The notes below the pieces were generated by a model. The model made no database searches, was not told where the DNA came from, and saw nothing but the letters and a program-made list of their open reading frames with translations. This document shows, one piece after another, positions 9,873 to 18,679 of a stretch of DNA of 32,000 nucleotides (position 1 is its first letter; every line of letters begins with the position of its first letter). The position numbers were made by a program, and so were the translations under genes. The stretch lies in contig NZ_JBHSTI010000008.1 of assembly GCF_042660085.1 (NCBI RefSeq), positions 390,001 to 422,000 on the forward strand, written 5' to 3'. The stretch is from Longivirga aurantiaca (GTDB lineage: Bacteria > Actinomycetota > Actinomycetes > S36-B12 > CAIYMF01).

Positions 9873-11179
9873 CCGTACGGGACGTCACCGCCTGCGCCCG
9901 TCACGGCGGGCCCGGTGCCGTCGTGCGCGTCGTGGTCGGCGTCGAGGAGGTCCTGGACGCCGGGCATTCGGCGGGGCCCGGCCACGAGCTCCGGGGTGAG
10001 CCAGTCGGCGCCGTCGTCGGGGTCGTCGTCGAGGTCGGGGAGGCCGGTGAGGATCGGCATCTCGGGCGGTTCGGGCAGCCCGGCGAGCCGGCCCTCGGCG
10101 GAGGCGACGAGCTCGGGGGCAGTGAGGGGTCGCGCGGCCTGGGTGACCGGCGCGGGGGTGGGCAGACCGCCGTCCTCGGAGTCGGCGACCACGCCGAGCG
10201 TCGCGAGCCGGCGCGCCGTGACGAGCACGCGGCCCTCGAGCGACCCGACCGTGTCGTTGTAGGCGCCGACGGCGGAGTCGAGCTGGCGGCCGAGCTTGGC
10301 CATGTGCTTGCCGACCGTCGCGATGCGCGAGTGCAGCTCGACGGCGAGGTCGTGCACCTCGCGGGCGTTGCGCGTCGCCGACTCCTGGCGCCAGGTGTGC
10401 GCCACCGTGCGCAGCAGCGCGAGCAGGGTGGTCGGCGTCGCGAGGACGACGTCCTTGTCGAACGCCCGCTGCAGGAGGTCGGGCCGCTCGTCCAGGGCGG
10501 CTGACAGCAGGGGCTCGGACGGCAGGAACAGGATCACGAACGCGGGGGAGTCGTAGCGGCGCCAGTACTCCTTCGACCCGAGGGCGTCGACGTGCTTGAC
10601 GAGGTCGGCGGCATGGCGGGCGAGCAGGGTGCGGCGGGCAGTGTCGTCGTCGGACTCGACCGCCTCGAGGTACGACGCCAGCGGCACCTTGGAGTCGACG
10701 ACGACGTCGCGGCCGTCCGACAGGTGCACGACGAGGTCGGCGCGCAGCAGCGCGCCGGCGTCGTCGCGGCTGCTCGCCTGCTCCTCGAAGTGGACGTGGG
10801 GCAGCAGCCCGGACGACTCGACGATCCGCCTCAGCTGCATCTCGCCCCACTGGCCGCGGACGTCGGACCGCCGCAGCGCTGCGGCGAGCCGTCCGGTCTG
10901 CTCGCTCACCGCCGTCGCACCGAGGGCGGTGGCCTCGACCTGGCGACGGAGGTCGGCGTGCGCCGCGATGCGCTCGCGCTCGGAGCGGGCGAGGTCGATG
11001 CGCACGTCGCGCAGCGTCTCGGCGATGGGGGTGACGAGGGCGTCGACGGCCGCGCGCTCGGCGGCCAGGGACGCGCCGGAGGTGTCGTCGCGCTGGGCAC
11101 GGGCGACGGCGAGGGCCACGGCCGCGCCCAGGGCGACGCCGACGACCAGGGCAACGAGCAGGGGAAGAAGCTCGGTCAT
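9860..11179 (-). CDS. rmuC: DNA recombination protein RmuC
   Basis: 439 aa. It has an N-terminal TM helix and a coiled-coil region. The C-terminal RmuC nuclease-like block reads VVDSKVPLASYLEA...FVILFLPSEPLLSAAL...VVLATPTTLLALLRTV. Confidence 0.85.
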   Translation of the reverse strand: MTELLPLLVALVVGVALGAAVALAVARAQRDDTSGASLAAERAAVDALVTPIAETLRDVRIDLARSERERIAAHADLRRQVEATALGATAVSEQTGRLAAALRRSDVRGQWGEMQLRRIVESSGLLPHVHFEEQASSRDDAGALLRADLVVHLSDGRDVVVDSKVPLASYLEAVESDDDTARRTLLARHAADLVKHVDALGSKEYWRRYDSPAFVILFLPSEPLLSAALDERPDLLQRAFDKDVVLATPTTLLALLRTVAHTWRQESATRNAREVHDLAVELHSRIATVGKHMAKLGRQLDSAVGAYNDTVGSLEGRVLVTARRLATLGVVADSEDGGLPTPAPVTQAARPLTAPELVASAEGRLAGLPEPPEMPILTGLPDLDDDPDDGADWLTPELVAGPRRMPGVQDLLDADHDAHDGTGPAVTGAGGDVPYGWTS

Positions 11180-11240
11180 GCCCCGACCGTCCCACCCACC
11201 CCCGACAGTCCGCGGGTTTGCGATGACGGCCCACGTTGTT

Positions 11241-11281
11241 CGGCTCTAGTGGATGAAGGCGACCTTCATCCACTAGAGCCG
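11241..11281. repeat. Perfect 19-bp inverted repeat with 3-nt spacer in the rmuC / MerR divergent intergenic region
   Basis: cggctctagtggatgaagg cga ccttcatccactagagccg. The arms are exact reverse complements. The sequence is locally AT-richer than its surroundings and contains CTAG twice. Confidence 0.9.
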
Positions 11282-11320
11282 TACACACCGTCCCATCATG
11301 TGGGTGCAGGTGCCGCGCGC

Positions 11321-11351
11321 TTGACGTTGACGTGGCGTCAACGTCTAGCGT
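11321..11351 (+). promoter_or_regulatory. MerR-type promoter/operator: -35 TTGACG, 19-bp spacer containing a 10-3-10 perfect dyad, -10 TAGCGT
   Basis: TTGACG at 11321-11326. Dyad gacgttgacg (11323-11332) / tgg / cgtcaacgtc (11336-11345). TAGCGT at 11346-11351. The ATG of the MerR gene is at 11359, 7 nt after the -10, implying a leaderless mRNA. Overlong 19-20 bp spacers with a dyad are the hallmark of MerR-family activated promoters. Confidence 0.65.
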
Positions 11352-11358
11352 CGTGGGC

Positions 11359-12129
11359 ATGAGCTGGTCGATCGTCGAGGTGGCGCGTCATGCGGGGGTG
11401 TCCTCGCGCACCCTGCGGCACTACGACGACATCGGGCTCGTGCCGCCCGCGTACGTCGGCAGCAACGGCTACCGCTACTACGAGCGCGAGCAGCTGCACC
11501 GGCTGCAGGAGGTGCTCGTGCTGCGCGAGCTGGGCCTGCCGCTCGACGCCGTGGCGCGCGTGCTCGACGGCACGCGCGACCGCGCCGCCGTCCTGCGCGA
11601 GCACCGCGCCGCGCTCCTCGTCGAGCGCGACCGGATAGCGCGCCTCGCCGACACCGTCGGCCGCACCATCGCCGAGATCGAAGGAGACGACACCATGACC
11701 CCGCTCACCCCGGAGGAGCTCTTCGACGGCTTCGACGCCGAGAAGCAGAAGGAGTACGAGGCCGAGCTCGTCGAGCGCTACGGCCCGCAGGCGCAGGAGA
11801 AGATCGACGAGTCGTGGAAGCGGGTGGGCGCGATGGGCAAGGCCGACGCCGACCGCATCCAGGCCGAGCTCGCGCAGCGCGACCAGGACTACGCAGCTCT
11901 CTTCGACGCCGGCGTCGACCCTTCCGACCCGCGCGTCCAGGAGGTCACCGCGGGCCACTACCGCTGGGTGTGCGAGTTCTGGACACCGAACGCGGAGACC
12001 TTCGCCGGCCTCGGCGATCTCTACGTCGACAGCCCGGAGTTCAAGGCGCGTTACGACGCCGTGCGACCCGGCCTCGCCGAATACGTCCGCGACGCCATGG
12101 CCGTCTACGCCGTCGAGACGCTCGCCTGA
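11359..12129 (+). CDS. MerR-family transcriptional regulator with TipAS-type antibiotic-recognition C-terminal domain (TipAL/Mta-like)
   Basis: MSWSIVEVARHAGVSSRTLRHYDDIGLVPPAYVGSNGYRYYEREQLHRLQEVLVLRELG is a canonical MerR HTH plus wing. The C-terminus (FDAEKQKEYEAELVERYG...SPEFKARYDAVRPGLAEYVRDAM) resembles a TipAS domain. The ATG at 11359 is preferred over the track GTG at 11332, which lies inside the operator. Confidence 0.85.
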   Translation: MSWSIVEVARHAGVSSRTLRHYDDIGLVPPAYVGSNGYRYYEREQLHRLQEVLVLRELGLPLDAVARVLDGTRDRAAVLREHRAALLVERDRIARLADTVGRTIAEIEGDDTMTPLTPEELFDGFDAEKQKEYEAELVERYGPQAQEKIDESWKRVGAMGKADADRIQAELAQRDQDYAALFDAGVDPSDPRVQEVTAGHYRWVCEFWTPNAETFAGLGDLYVDSPEFKARYDAVRPGLAEYVRDAMAVYAVETLA

Positions 12130-12240
12130 GTCCCACCGCCCGGGCCGGATCGCGCCGGTTGGTCACGATCGAGTCAGCGAAGCCCATGCCGTCAGGGCGA
12201 GTGCCACGATCGGAGTGCGCACCGACGACTGGGGGATGCG

Positions 12241-12783
12241 ATGTCGGCGACCGAGCTCGGCACGGCCACCGATCCAACGCCGGCGAAGCGGCCGCTCGTG
12301 TGGCCGTGGGCGATCCTGTCCGCGATCGTGGTTGGGCTCCTGCTGCCGATCGCGGTCGGACTGCTGGACCTGCCCCGGTCATGGGAGATCCCGGTGATGC
12401 TGGCGTGCGCCGCCGTCGGCTTCGCCGTCCCGTACCTCCTGGCGCCCTACCCCGCCCTCCGCATCCGCCTGCTCGGTGTTGCCGTGCTGGCGTCCGCGGT
12501 GTGGGCGGCCTGGGCCTATCGCACGAACATGCACCGGTGGCGGCCGGACCTCGGTGACGACTACCTGCTGCCCTGGGGCGTGAGCAACACCCCCGCGGAG
12601 GCCGTCGCCGTGCAGCCCATCGCAGTTGGCCTGTGCGTCGTGCTGGCCGTCGTCGCGCTCGTGCGGCTGGGCCGCGGGCGCATCGAGCGCACGGGCTGGT
12701 GGACCGCTGTGCTGGCGATGGCGCTCCTCGTCTGCTGCAGCGCTGCGCTGCAGGTCCTGCTCAACCGCGCGTACACCGCATAG
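12241..12783 (+). CDS. Hypothetical integral membrane protein (about 5 TM)
   Basis: 180 aa with ATG start preceded by a gggggatgcg purine-rich stretch. The frame is GC3-rich and has several hydrophobic helices. No recognisable family. Confidence 0.5.
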   Translation: MSATELGTATDPTPAKRPLVWPWAILSAIVVGLLLPIAVGLLDLPRSWEIPVMLACAAVGFAVPYLLAPYPALRIRLLGVAVLASAVWAAWAYRTNMHRWRPDLGDDYLLPWGVSNTPAEAVAVQPIAVGLCVVLAVVALVRLGRGRIERTGWWTAVLAMALLVCCSAALQVLLNRAYTA

Positions 12784-12789
12784 CGCGAG

Positions 12790-13323
12790 TCAGCCGGCCA
12801 GCAGGGCGAGGGACTCGTCGGCCCAGGCGATGGCGGCCCGGGCTGAGTGCTGGCCCGCAAGGACGGTGACGAGCCGGTAGCGCGCGTCCGGGTCGGCGGC
12901 GGTCTCCGCCTCGAGCCCGTGCCGGATCGCGTCGAGCGCAGCCAGCTGCGCGACCGCGCGGGATCGCGCCTCGGTCAGGATCGCCCGGCACTCCTCGACG
13001 CCGAGGAGCCCGCCGAAGAACAGCCGCAGCAGCGTGCCGTTGCGCGGGGGAGCGGCGGTGATCGGCTCGCGGAGCAGGTCGACCAGCCGCTCCCGCCCGG
13101 ACGGCGTGAGCCGGAACGTGCTGCCCGAGGTCTTGCCGTCCGCGTCCCGGACGATGAGCGCCTCCGACTCGAGCCGCGCGAGCGTCGGGTAGATCTGGCC
13201 GAAGCTCTCGCTCCAGAAGTGGCCGAGCGTCTCGGTGATCGCGGCGCGGACGGCGTACCCGGACATCGGCTGCACCGACAGCGCCCCCAGGACGGCGAGC
13301 TCGGTGGTCTGCTGCCTCGACAT
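12790..13323 (-). CDS. PadR-family transcriptional regulator (long form with C-terminal dimerisation domain)
   Basis: 177 aa. The ELAVLGALSVQPMSGYAVRAAITETLGHFWSESFGQIYPTLARLESEALI winged-helix segment is typical of PadR. The C-terminal LRLFFGG... segment is typical of the PadR-1 subfamily. Confidence 0.85.
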   Translation of the reverse strand: MSRQQTTELAVLGALSVQPMSGYAVRAAITETLGHFWSESFGQIYPTLARLESEALIVRDADGKTSGSTFRLTPSGRERLVDLLREPITAAPPRNGTLLRLFFGGLLGVEECRAILTEARSRAVAQLAALDAIRHGLEAETAADPDARYRLVTVLAGQHSARAAIAWADESLALLAG

Positions 13324-13330
13324 GAGCCCA

Positions 13331-13349
13331 ACATATCTGATAGATATGT
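13331..13349. promoter_or_regulatory. AT-rich 8-3-8 palindrome (candidate PadR operator / overlapping divergent -10 elements)
   Basis: acatatct gat agatatgt occupies 19 of the 29 bp between the divergent start codons at 13323 (-) and 13353 (+). It contains ACAT/ATGT half-sites like those described for PadR boxes. Confidence 0.5.
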
Positions 13350-13352
13350 CCC

Positions 13353-13766
13353 ATGGTCACCGACACGCTGAGCACCGCACCCACCACCCGCACCGGCACG
13401 TGGGGCACGGCCTTCGCCGTGTTCGCCTGCGGGGTCGGCCTCTTCCAGGTGGCCCTCGCGGTCGGCGCCCCGTGGGGAGCGGCCGCGTGGGGCGGCGCGA
13501 ACGCAGGCGTGCTGCCCACCGGCTTCCGCGTCGCCAGCGGCGTCTCGGCGCTCCTGTGGGCCGGGGTCGCGGCGGCCGCCGCCAGCCGCCTGCTCGGGCC
13601 GGTGGGACGCCGGCGGCTTCTGCTGGGCTCCGCGGCGTACCTCACGCTGGGCATCGCAATGAACGCGGCGTCGCCGTCGGGCATCGAGCGGGCCGTGTGG
13701 GTGCCGGGGACAGCGCTCGGCGCAGGCCTGGCATGGATGGCCTGGCGGGAGGCGCGAACCCGCTGA
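13353..13766 (+). CDS. Hypothetical membrane protein (4 TM), divergent from PadR
   Basis: 137 aa with ATG start, GC3-rich frame and hydrophobic Gly/Ala/Trp-rich helices. No recognisable family. Confidence 0.5.
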   Translation: MVTDTLSTAPTTRTGTWGTAFAVFACGVGLFQVALAVGAPWGAAAWGGANAGVLPTGFRVASGVSALLWAGVAAAAASRLLGPVGRRRLLLGSAAYLTLGIAMNAASPSGIERAVWVPGTALGAGLAWMAWREARTR

Positions 13767-13862
13767 CGTGCCCGGGAATGAACCGAGGAGCTCCTCAGTT
13801 GCATCGGTGACACTCGCGATATATCGTTAGTGCATCGAGAACAGACATCTGAGGAGATGACC

Positions 13863-14498
13863 ATGAAGTTCCGTACCCCGCGCCACCCGGCGCACCTGAA
13901 GTTCCACCACCCTGGCCAGCACCCCGACGGCGCCGGGGGCTTTCCGTTCCCCGGAGGCCCCGGCTTCGGCCCGGGCTTCGGGCCGCGCGGCGGCCAGCGA
14001 GGCGGAGGCCGTCGTGGCCCCGGCCGCGGCCGCGCCCCCCGCGGTGACGTCCGCGCCGCCGTCCTCGTGCTCCTCGCCGAGGAGCCGATGCACGGCTACC
14101 AGCTCATGCAGGCGATCTCCGACCGCTCAGGGGGCCGCTGGACGCCCAGCCCCGGCGCGATCTATCCCGCGATCGCGCAGCTCGAGGATGAGGGCCTCGT
14201 TCTCGTCACGGCCGACTCCGGCCGAAAGGTGGCCGCGCTGACCGACGCCGGCCGCGAGGCCGTCGCCGCGGCGGAGACCACCGACCCGTTCGGCTCGTTC
14301 GACGCCGAGCCCGCAGGTCCTGACCTGCGCGCCCTGGTCGAGGGCATCGCCGGCGCCACCCGTCAGGTCTTCCGCACCGGCAGCCCGGCGCAGATCGAGG
14401 CAGCGGCCGCGATCCTCGCCGACACCCGCCGCGCGCTGTACCTCCTGCTCGCCGACGGCCCCGAGGCCGCCGCCCAGGGCGAGCCCACGGATGGCTGA
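13863..14498 (+). CDS. PadR-family transcriptional regulator with Gly/Pro/Arg-rich N-terminal extension
   Basis: GAGGAG (13851-13856) lies 6 nt before the ATG at 13863; alternative ATG at 13857. VLVLLAEEPMHGYQLMQAISDRSGGRWTPSPGAIYPAIAQLEDEGLV is a PadR winged helix. The N-terminus has GFGPGFGPRGG low complexity. Confidence 0.75.
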   Translation: MKFRTPRHPAHLKFHHPGQHPDGAGGFPFPGGPGFGPGFGPRGGQRGGGRRGPGRGRAPRGDVRAAVLVLLAEEPMHGYQLMQAISDRSGGRWTPSPGAIYPAIAQLEDEGLVLVTADSGRKVAALTDAGREAVAAAETTDPFGSFDAEPAGPDLRALVEGIAGATRQVFRTGSPAQIEAAAAILADTRRALYLLLADGPEAAAQGEPTDG

Positions 14499-14693
14499 GG
14501 TCCTCACGGCCGGGGCGTCGGTCAGCACCGAGGCCCCGGCCCCCGACCGCACCCGTCACTGATCGGTGCGACCCACGAGCAGCCCCGCACCCGCCCGTCG
14601 CACCGCGCGACGATGCGGGGCGGGGCGCTCGCGTTCCAGGGCACCGGCGCCGTGGTCCGGAGGGACCCCGCGCGGCGCCTAGACTCTCGGCCC

Positions 14694-15767
14694 GTGGCTC
14701 TCACCATCGGAATCGTCGGACTCCCCAACGTCGGGAAGTCGACGCTCTTCAACGCGCTGACCAAGAACGACGTGCTCGCGGCGAACTACCCGTTCGCGAC
14801 GATCGAGCCCAACGTCGGGGTGGTCGGCGTCCCCGACCCACGGCTCGCGATCCTCGCGGGCATCTTCGGGTCGGAGCGGATCCTGCCCGCCAGCGTCTCG
14901 TTCGTCGACATCGCCGGCATCGTCAAGGGCGCGAGCGAGGGTGCGGGTCTCGGCAACAAGTTCCTCGCCAACATCCGCGAGTGCGACGCCAACTGCCAGG
15001 TGATCCGCGTGTTCACCGACTCCGACGTCGTCCACGTCGAGGGTCGCGTCGACCCCAAGGACGACATCGAGATCATCAACACCGAGCTGATCCTCGCCGA
15101 CCTGCAGACGGTCGAGAAGGCGCTCCCCCGTCTGGAGAAGGAGGCGCGGCTCAACAAGGACCGCGTCGAGCTCCTCGAGACGGCCAAGAAGGCGTACGAC
15201 GCCCTGTCGGCAGGCACGACGATCTTCGCCTCGGGGCTCGACCGCGACGTGCTGCGTGAGCTCTTCCTGCTCACCGCCAAGCCCTTCCTCTACGTCTTCA
15301 ACGTCGACTCGGACGAGCTCACGAACGAGCCGCTGAAGGCCGAGCTCCGCGCGCTCGTCGCGCCGGCCGAGGCCGTGTTCCTCGACGCGAAGACCGAGAG
15401 CGACCTCACCGAGCTCGACGACGAGGAGGCCCTCGAGCTCCTGCAGTCGATCGGCCTCGAGGAGTCGGGCCTCACCACGCTCGCCCGCGTCGCGTTCGAC
15501 ACCCTCGGTCTGCAGACCTACCTCACGGCCGGCCCCAAGGAGTCGCGCGCGTGGACCATCCGCAAGGGCGACACCGCGCCGCAGGCTGCGGGCGTCATCC
15601 ACACGGACTTCCAGAAGGGCTTCATCAAGGCCGAGGTCATCTCGTTCGACGACCTCGTCGCCTGCGGCTCGGTGGCCGAGGCTCGCGCCAAGGGCAAGGC
15701 CCGCATGGAGGGCAAGGACTACGTCATGCACGACGGCGACGTCGTGGAGTTCCGCTTCAACGTCTGA
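14694..15767 (+). CDS. ychF: Redox-regulated ATPase YchF
   Basis: GTG at 14694 gives (M)[22 protein letters not shown] (P-loop). The C-terminal TGS-like end reads [19 protein letters not shown]...[18 protein letters not shown]. 357 aa. Confidence 0.9.
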   Translation: MALTIGIVGLPNVGKSTLFNALTKNDVLAANYPFATIEPNVGVVGVPDPRLAILAGIFGSERILPASVSFVDIAGIVKGASEGAGLGNKFLANIRECDANCQVIRVFTDSDVVHVEGRVDPKDDIEIINTELILADLQTVEKALPRLEKEARLNKDRVELLETAKKAYDALSAGTTIFASGLDRDVLRELFLLTAKPFLYVFNVDSDELTNEPLKAELRALVAPAEAVFLDAKTESDLTELDDEEALELLQSIGLEESGLTTLARVAFDTLGLQTYLTAGPKESRAWTIRKGDTAPQAAGVIHTDFQKGFIKAEVISFDDLVACGSVAEARAKGKARMEGKDYVMHDGDVVEFRFNV

Positions 15768-15894
15768 GCAGCCCGGTCGCCCGCGGCGATGTCCGCATCG
15801 ACGCGGATGCACACGGACGAATCGGGGCGCATGGCGGTGCCGGTCGCGAGGTAGTGCCAGGGTGGGAGAGGGCTGTCGCGAAGGGTGGAGTGCG

Positions 15895-16119
15895 ATGAAC
15901 AAGGGCGTGAAGGCACTGGTGGGGATCGCGATCGTCGGTGGAGCCGTGGTCGGCGGGTACTTCCTGGTGCAGGCGGTGCTGGCTAAGAAGTCGGCCGTCG
16001 ACGACGCGGTCGCCGCGATGCAGACCCAGCTCGACGAGCTCGACCCGGTCAGCCGCGCGGCCGCGGTCGCAAGGATCACCACTGACGAGGCGAAGAGCCT
16101 CCGGCACGCCAAGGCCTAG
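15895..16119 (+). CDS. Small single-pass membrane protein
   Basis: The ATG at 15895 is preceded by GGTGGAG. The 74-aa product MNKGVKALVGIAIVGGAVVGGYFLVQAVLAKK... has one TM helix plus an amphipathic tail. No family recognised. Confidence 0.45.
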   Translation: MNKGVKALVGIAIVGGAVVGGYFLVQAVLAKKSAVDDAVAAMQTQLDELDPVSRAAAVARITTDEAKSLRHAKA

Positions 16120-16137
16120 CGCTGCCCGCTGCGCTCG

Positions 16138-16716
16138 TCACGCCGGAGGCTCGTCCTCCTCGCGCAGCGAGGGGACGGCGCTCGGCATCGGTCTCGCGCC
16201 GTGCTTGTCGGCGTAGAACGCGCGCACCCGGTCCATGTCGGCGCGGACGTCGCCGCTCGGGCGGAACGACGGGCCGAGGCCGCAGGTGCGGGTGGGCTGG
16301 TCGACGTACCCGAGGACGAGGGGGACGTCGGCGTCCTGCGCGATCCGGTAGAAGCCGGACTTCCAGTGTCCCTGCCCGCCCTGGGTGCCCTCGGGAGCGA
16401 TGACGAGAGAGAGCGGCTGGCCGCTGCGCGCGCGCTCGGTGAGGTCGGCGACGAGCGTGCCGGGGTTGGCGCGGTCGACGGCGATCCCTCCCAGCGAGCG
16501 CAGCAGTCCGCCGAACGGCGCTCGGAAGATCGACTTCTTCGCCAGGAAGCCCGGCTTCAGGTCGCTCGCCCAGGCAACGCCGAGCATGAGGGGGAGGTCG
16601 AGCCACGACGTGTGCGGGTACGCGACGAAGACCGACACCGGCTCCTGCGGTGGCTCCTCGCCCACGAGCCTGTACCGAAGCACGCGGAGCACCCCGCGAC
16701 CCACAGTCCTGCGCAT
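16138..16716 (-). CDS. 1-acyl-sn-glycerol-3-phosphate acyltransferase family (PlsC-like) protein
   Basis: 192 aa. The HX4D acyltransferase motif is present as HTSWLD. FRAPFGGLLRSLGGIAVDR and VIAPEGT blocks match acyltransferase motifs II-III. Confidence 0.75.
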   Translation of the reverse strand: MRRTVGRGVLRVLRYRLVGEEPPQEPVSVFVAYPHTSWLDLPLMLGVAWASDLKPGFLAKKSIFRAPFGGLLRSLGGIAVDRANPGTLVADLTERARSGQPLSLVIAPEGTQGGQGHWKSGFYRIAQDADVPLVLGYVDQPTRTCGLGPSFRPSGDVRADMDRVRAFYADKHGARPMPSAVPSLREEDEPPA

Positions 16717-16915
16717 GCGGCCACGTCCCCTCGTCTGTCGGTGACCGGGACGCTACGGCACGGTGGACGTCGCCGCAGCGCGAGCATGATCGCCGAACGG
16801 CTCCGAGGTGAGACGGACCGGCACCGCCCTTCACCCGAACGGACGGGCTTCGCGACCGGCGGGCCCTAGCATCGGTGCATCGCAGCAGGTCCGCGGTCGT
16901 CGAGAGGGCAGCACC

Positions 16916-17296
16916 ATGAGCGATCACGAGGCGGCACCGCAGACGCGTGGCGTCACGGTCGAGCTGCTGGCGTCCATCGACCTCGCACCGGAGATCGCGG
17001 GGCTCGACGGTTTCGAGCTCCGGACGCGCAAGGTGACGATGGAGCCCGGAGCCGTCTTCGGCCCCGTTCACGATCATGTCGGTCGGCCCGGCACCGTCTA
17101 CGTGCTGCAAGGGACGATCACCGACCACAGGGACGGCGTCGCGACCGAGTACGGGCCGGGGCTCGGCTGGCCCGAGGACCGGAACACGCTGCACTGGCTG
17201 GAGAACCGAGGCGACGTCACGGCGATCGAGATCTCCGTGGACGTCATCGCCCGTACGTCGCCGCCAGCACTGTCCGAGGCCGCGGCGCAGTCCTAG
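16916..17296 (+). CDS. Cupin domain protein
   Basis: The ATG at 16916 follows GAGAGGG. The 126-aa product has a cupin-like pattern: RKVTMEPGAVFGPVHDHVGRPGTVYVLQGTI...HWLENRGD. Confidence 0.6.
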   Translation: MSDHEAAPQTRGVTVELLASIDLAPEIAGLDGFELRTRKVTMEPGAVFGPVHDHVGRPGTVYVLQGTITDHRDGVATEYGPGLGWPEDRNTLHWLENRGDVTAIEISVDVIARTSPPALSEAAAQS

Positions 17297-17325
17297 CATC
17301 GGCGTACCCGAGCCGGAGGTGCGCG

Positions 17326-17706
17326 ATGGATGCGGAGAGCCTGGCCGAGAAGGCCATCCGCGAGGCGATCGAGCGCGGTGAGTTCGACAACCTGCCCGGT
17401 GCCGGCAAGCCGTTGAAGCTCAGCAACTCCGGCGACCCCGAGTGGTGGCTGAAGAACCTCGTCGAGCGCGAGGGCGACGTGCCGCTCGGAGGTGCGGTGT
17501 CGCTGCGCCGCGAGGCCGACAGCTTCCCCGAGTCGCTCGCCGACATGCCGCACGAGCAGGCGGTCCGCGCGGTGCTCGAGGACTTCAACGCGCGGGTGAC
17601 GGACGACTGGCGGCGGCCGCAGGTAGGCAAGGGCATCCCCGTCGTGGCCCGCAAGGTCGATGTCGACGCGATGGTCGAGCGGTGGAAGGCCATGAAGCGC
17701 CGCTGA
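17326..17706 (+). CDS. DUF1992 (DnaJC28-like conserved domain) protein
   Basis: 126 aa. The signature EKAIREAIERGEFDNLPGAGKPL is characteristic of DUF1992. Confidence 0.7.
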   Translation: MDAESLAEKAIREAIERGEFDNLPGAGKPLKLSNSGDPEWWLKNLVEREGDVPLGGAVSLRREADSFPESLADMPHEQAVRAVLEDFNARVTDDWRRPQVGKGIPVVARKVDVDAMVERWKAMKRR

Positions 17707-17720
17707 CGAAGCCGCACCCC

Positions 17721-18533
17721 ATGCTGCCGGGCCGGCGCGGATACGGTGGGCGCGTGTCCGATGCCGAGGTCGCCGGTGGCGTGAAGTCGGTGGCGTCCGC
17801 GCTCGACGTGCTCGACTGCTTCGTGTCGGACGAGGAGCTCGGCGTCTCGGAGGTCGCCCGCCGGCTCGGCGTCGCCAAGAGCACCGCGCACCGCCTGCTG
17901 ACCACGCTCGTCTCGCGCGGCTTCGTCGAGCAGGACGCCGCGAGCGGCAAGTACCGCCTCGGCATCCACCTGTTCGAGCTCGGGCAGCTCGTGCTGCAGC
18001 GCAACGAGCTCCGACGCCGCTCGACGACGCTGCTCGAGGAGCTGCGCGAGCTCAGCGGCTGGACGGTGCACCTGTCGATCGCGCAGGGCGCCGACACGCT
18101 CTTCCTCGAGCGGCTCCCGACCCTGCGGGGGATGAAGGTCATGCGCGAGTTCCGACGGCGCTGGCCGCTGCACGCGACGTCGTCGGGCAAGGCCATCTGT
18201 GCCTACGACCCCGAGGCGGCGGCCGCCCGGATCGAGGCGGGCTTCCCGGCCTTCACCCCGCGCACGATCACGGGCGAGAGGGCGTTCGCGGCCGAGCTCG
18301 CGCGGGTGCGCTCCCGCGGGTACGCGACCTCGCGCGAGGAGCTGATGGACGACCTCGCGTCGGTGGCCGCACCGGTGCTCGACCTGCACGGTGTCGCGAT
18401 CGCGGCGATCTCGATCACCGGCTCGGTCTCCGAGCTCGCGGATGCCCGCGACCGCCAGGTGCGGCTCGTCACGGCGGCGGCGAAGCGGCTCTCGCAGGTG
18501 ATGCTCACGCCGGACGGCGCGGCGCCGCACTGA
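17721..18533 (+). CDS. IclR-family transcriptional regulator
   Basis: VKSVASALDVLDCFVSDEELGVSEVARRLGVAKSTAHRLLTTLVSRGFV is an IclR HTH. The C-terminal effector domain reads LHATSSGKAI...YATSREELMDDLASVAAPV. The start is ATG 17721 or GTG 17754. The 5' part of the track ORF overlaps the previous gene and was rejected. Confidence 0.85.
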   Translation: MLPGRRGYGGRVSDAEVAGGVKSVASALDVLDCFVSDEELGVSEVARRLGVAKSTAHRLLTTLVSRGFVEQDAASGKYRLGIHLFELGQLVLQRNELRRRSTTLLEELRELSGWTVHLSIAQGADTLFLERLPTLRGMKVMREFRRRWPLHATSSGKAICAYDPEAAAARIEAGFPAFTPRTITGERAFAAELARVRSRGYATSREELMDDLASVAAPVLDLHGVAIAAISITGSVSELADARDRQVRLVTAAAKRLSQVMLTPDGAAPH

Positions 18534-18557
18534 CGAGCGTTCCTCATCGCGGAACAA

Positions 18558-18598
18558 CGCTCCGCAGCCGCCCGCACGGCGTCATAGCGTGCGGAGCG
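18558..18598 (+). terminator. Imperfect hairpin downstream of the IclR gene
   Basis: cgctccgca (18558-18566) pairs with tgcggagcg (18590-18598). An inner cgcacg/cgtgcg pairing is possible. It starts 25 nt after the stop codon. It could instead be an operator in front of the aldehyde dehydrogenase gene. Confidence 0.35.
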
Positions 18599-18679
18599 TC
18601 CTGGTCCGGCGCGGGTCCCACCCGCTGCCGCACCGCTGCAACCGGCAGCCGCAGGGCGACGTCGAGAGGGATCACCGCC

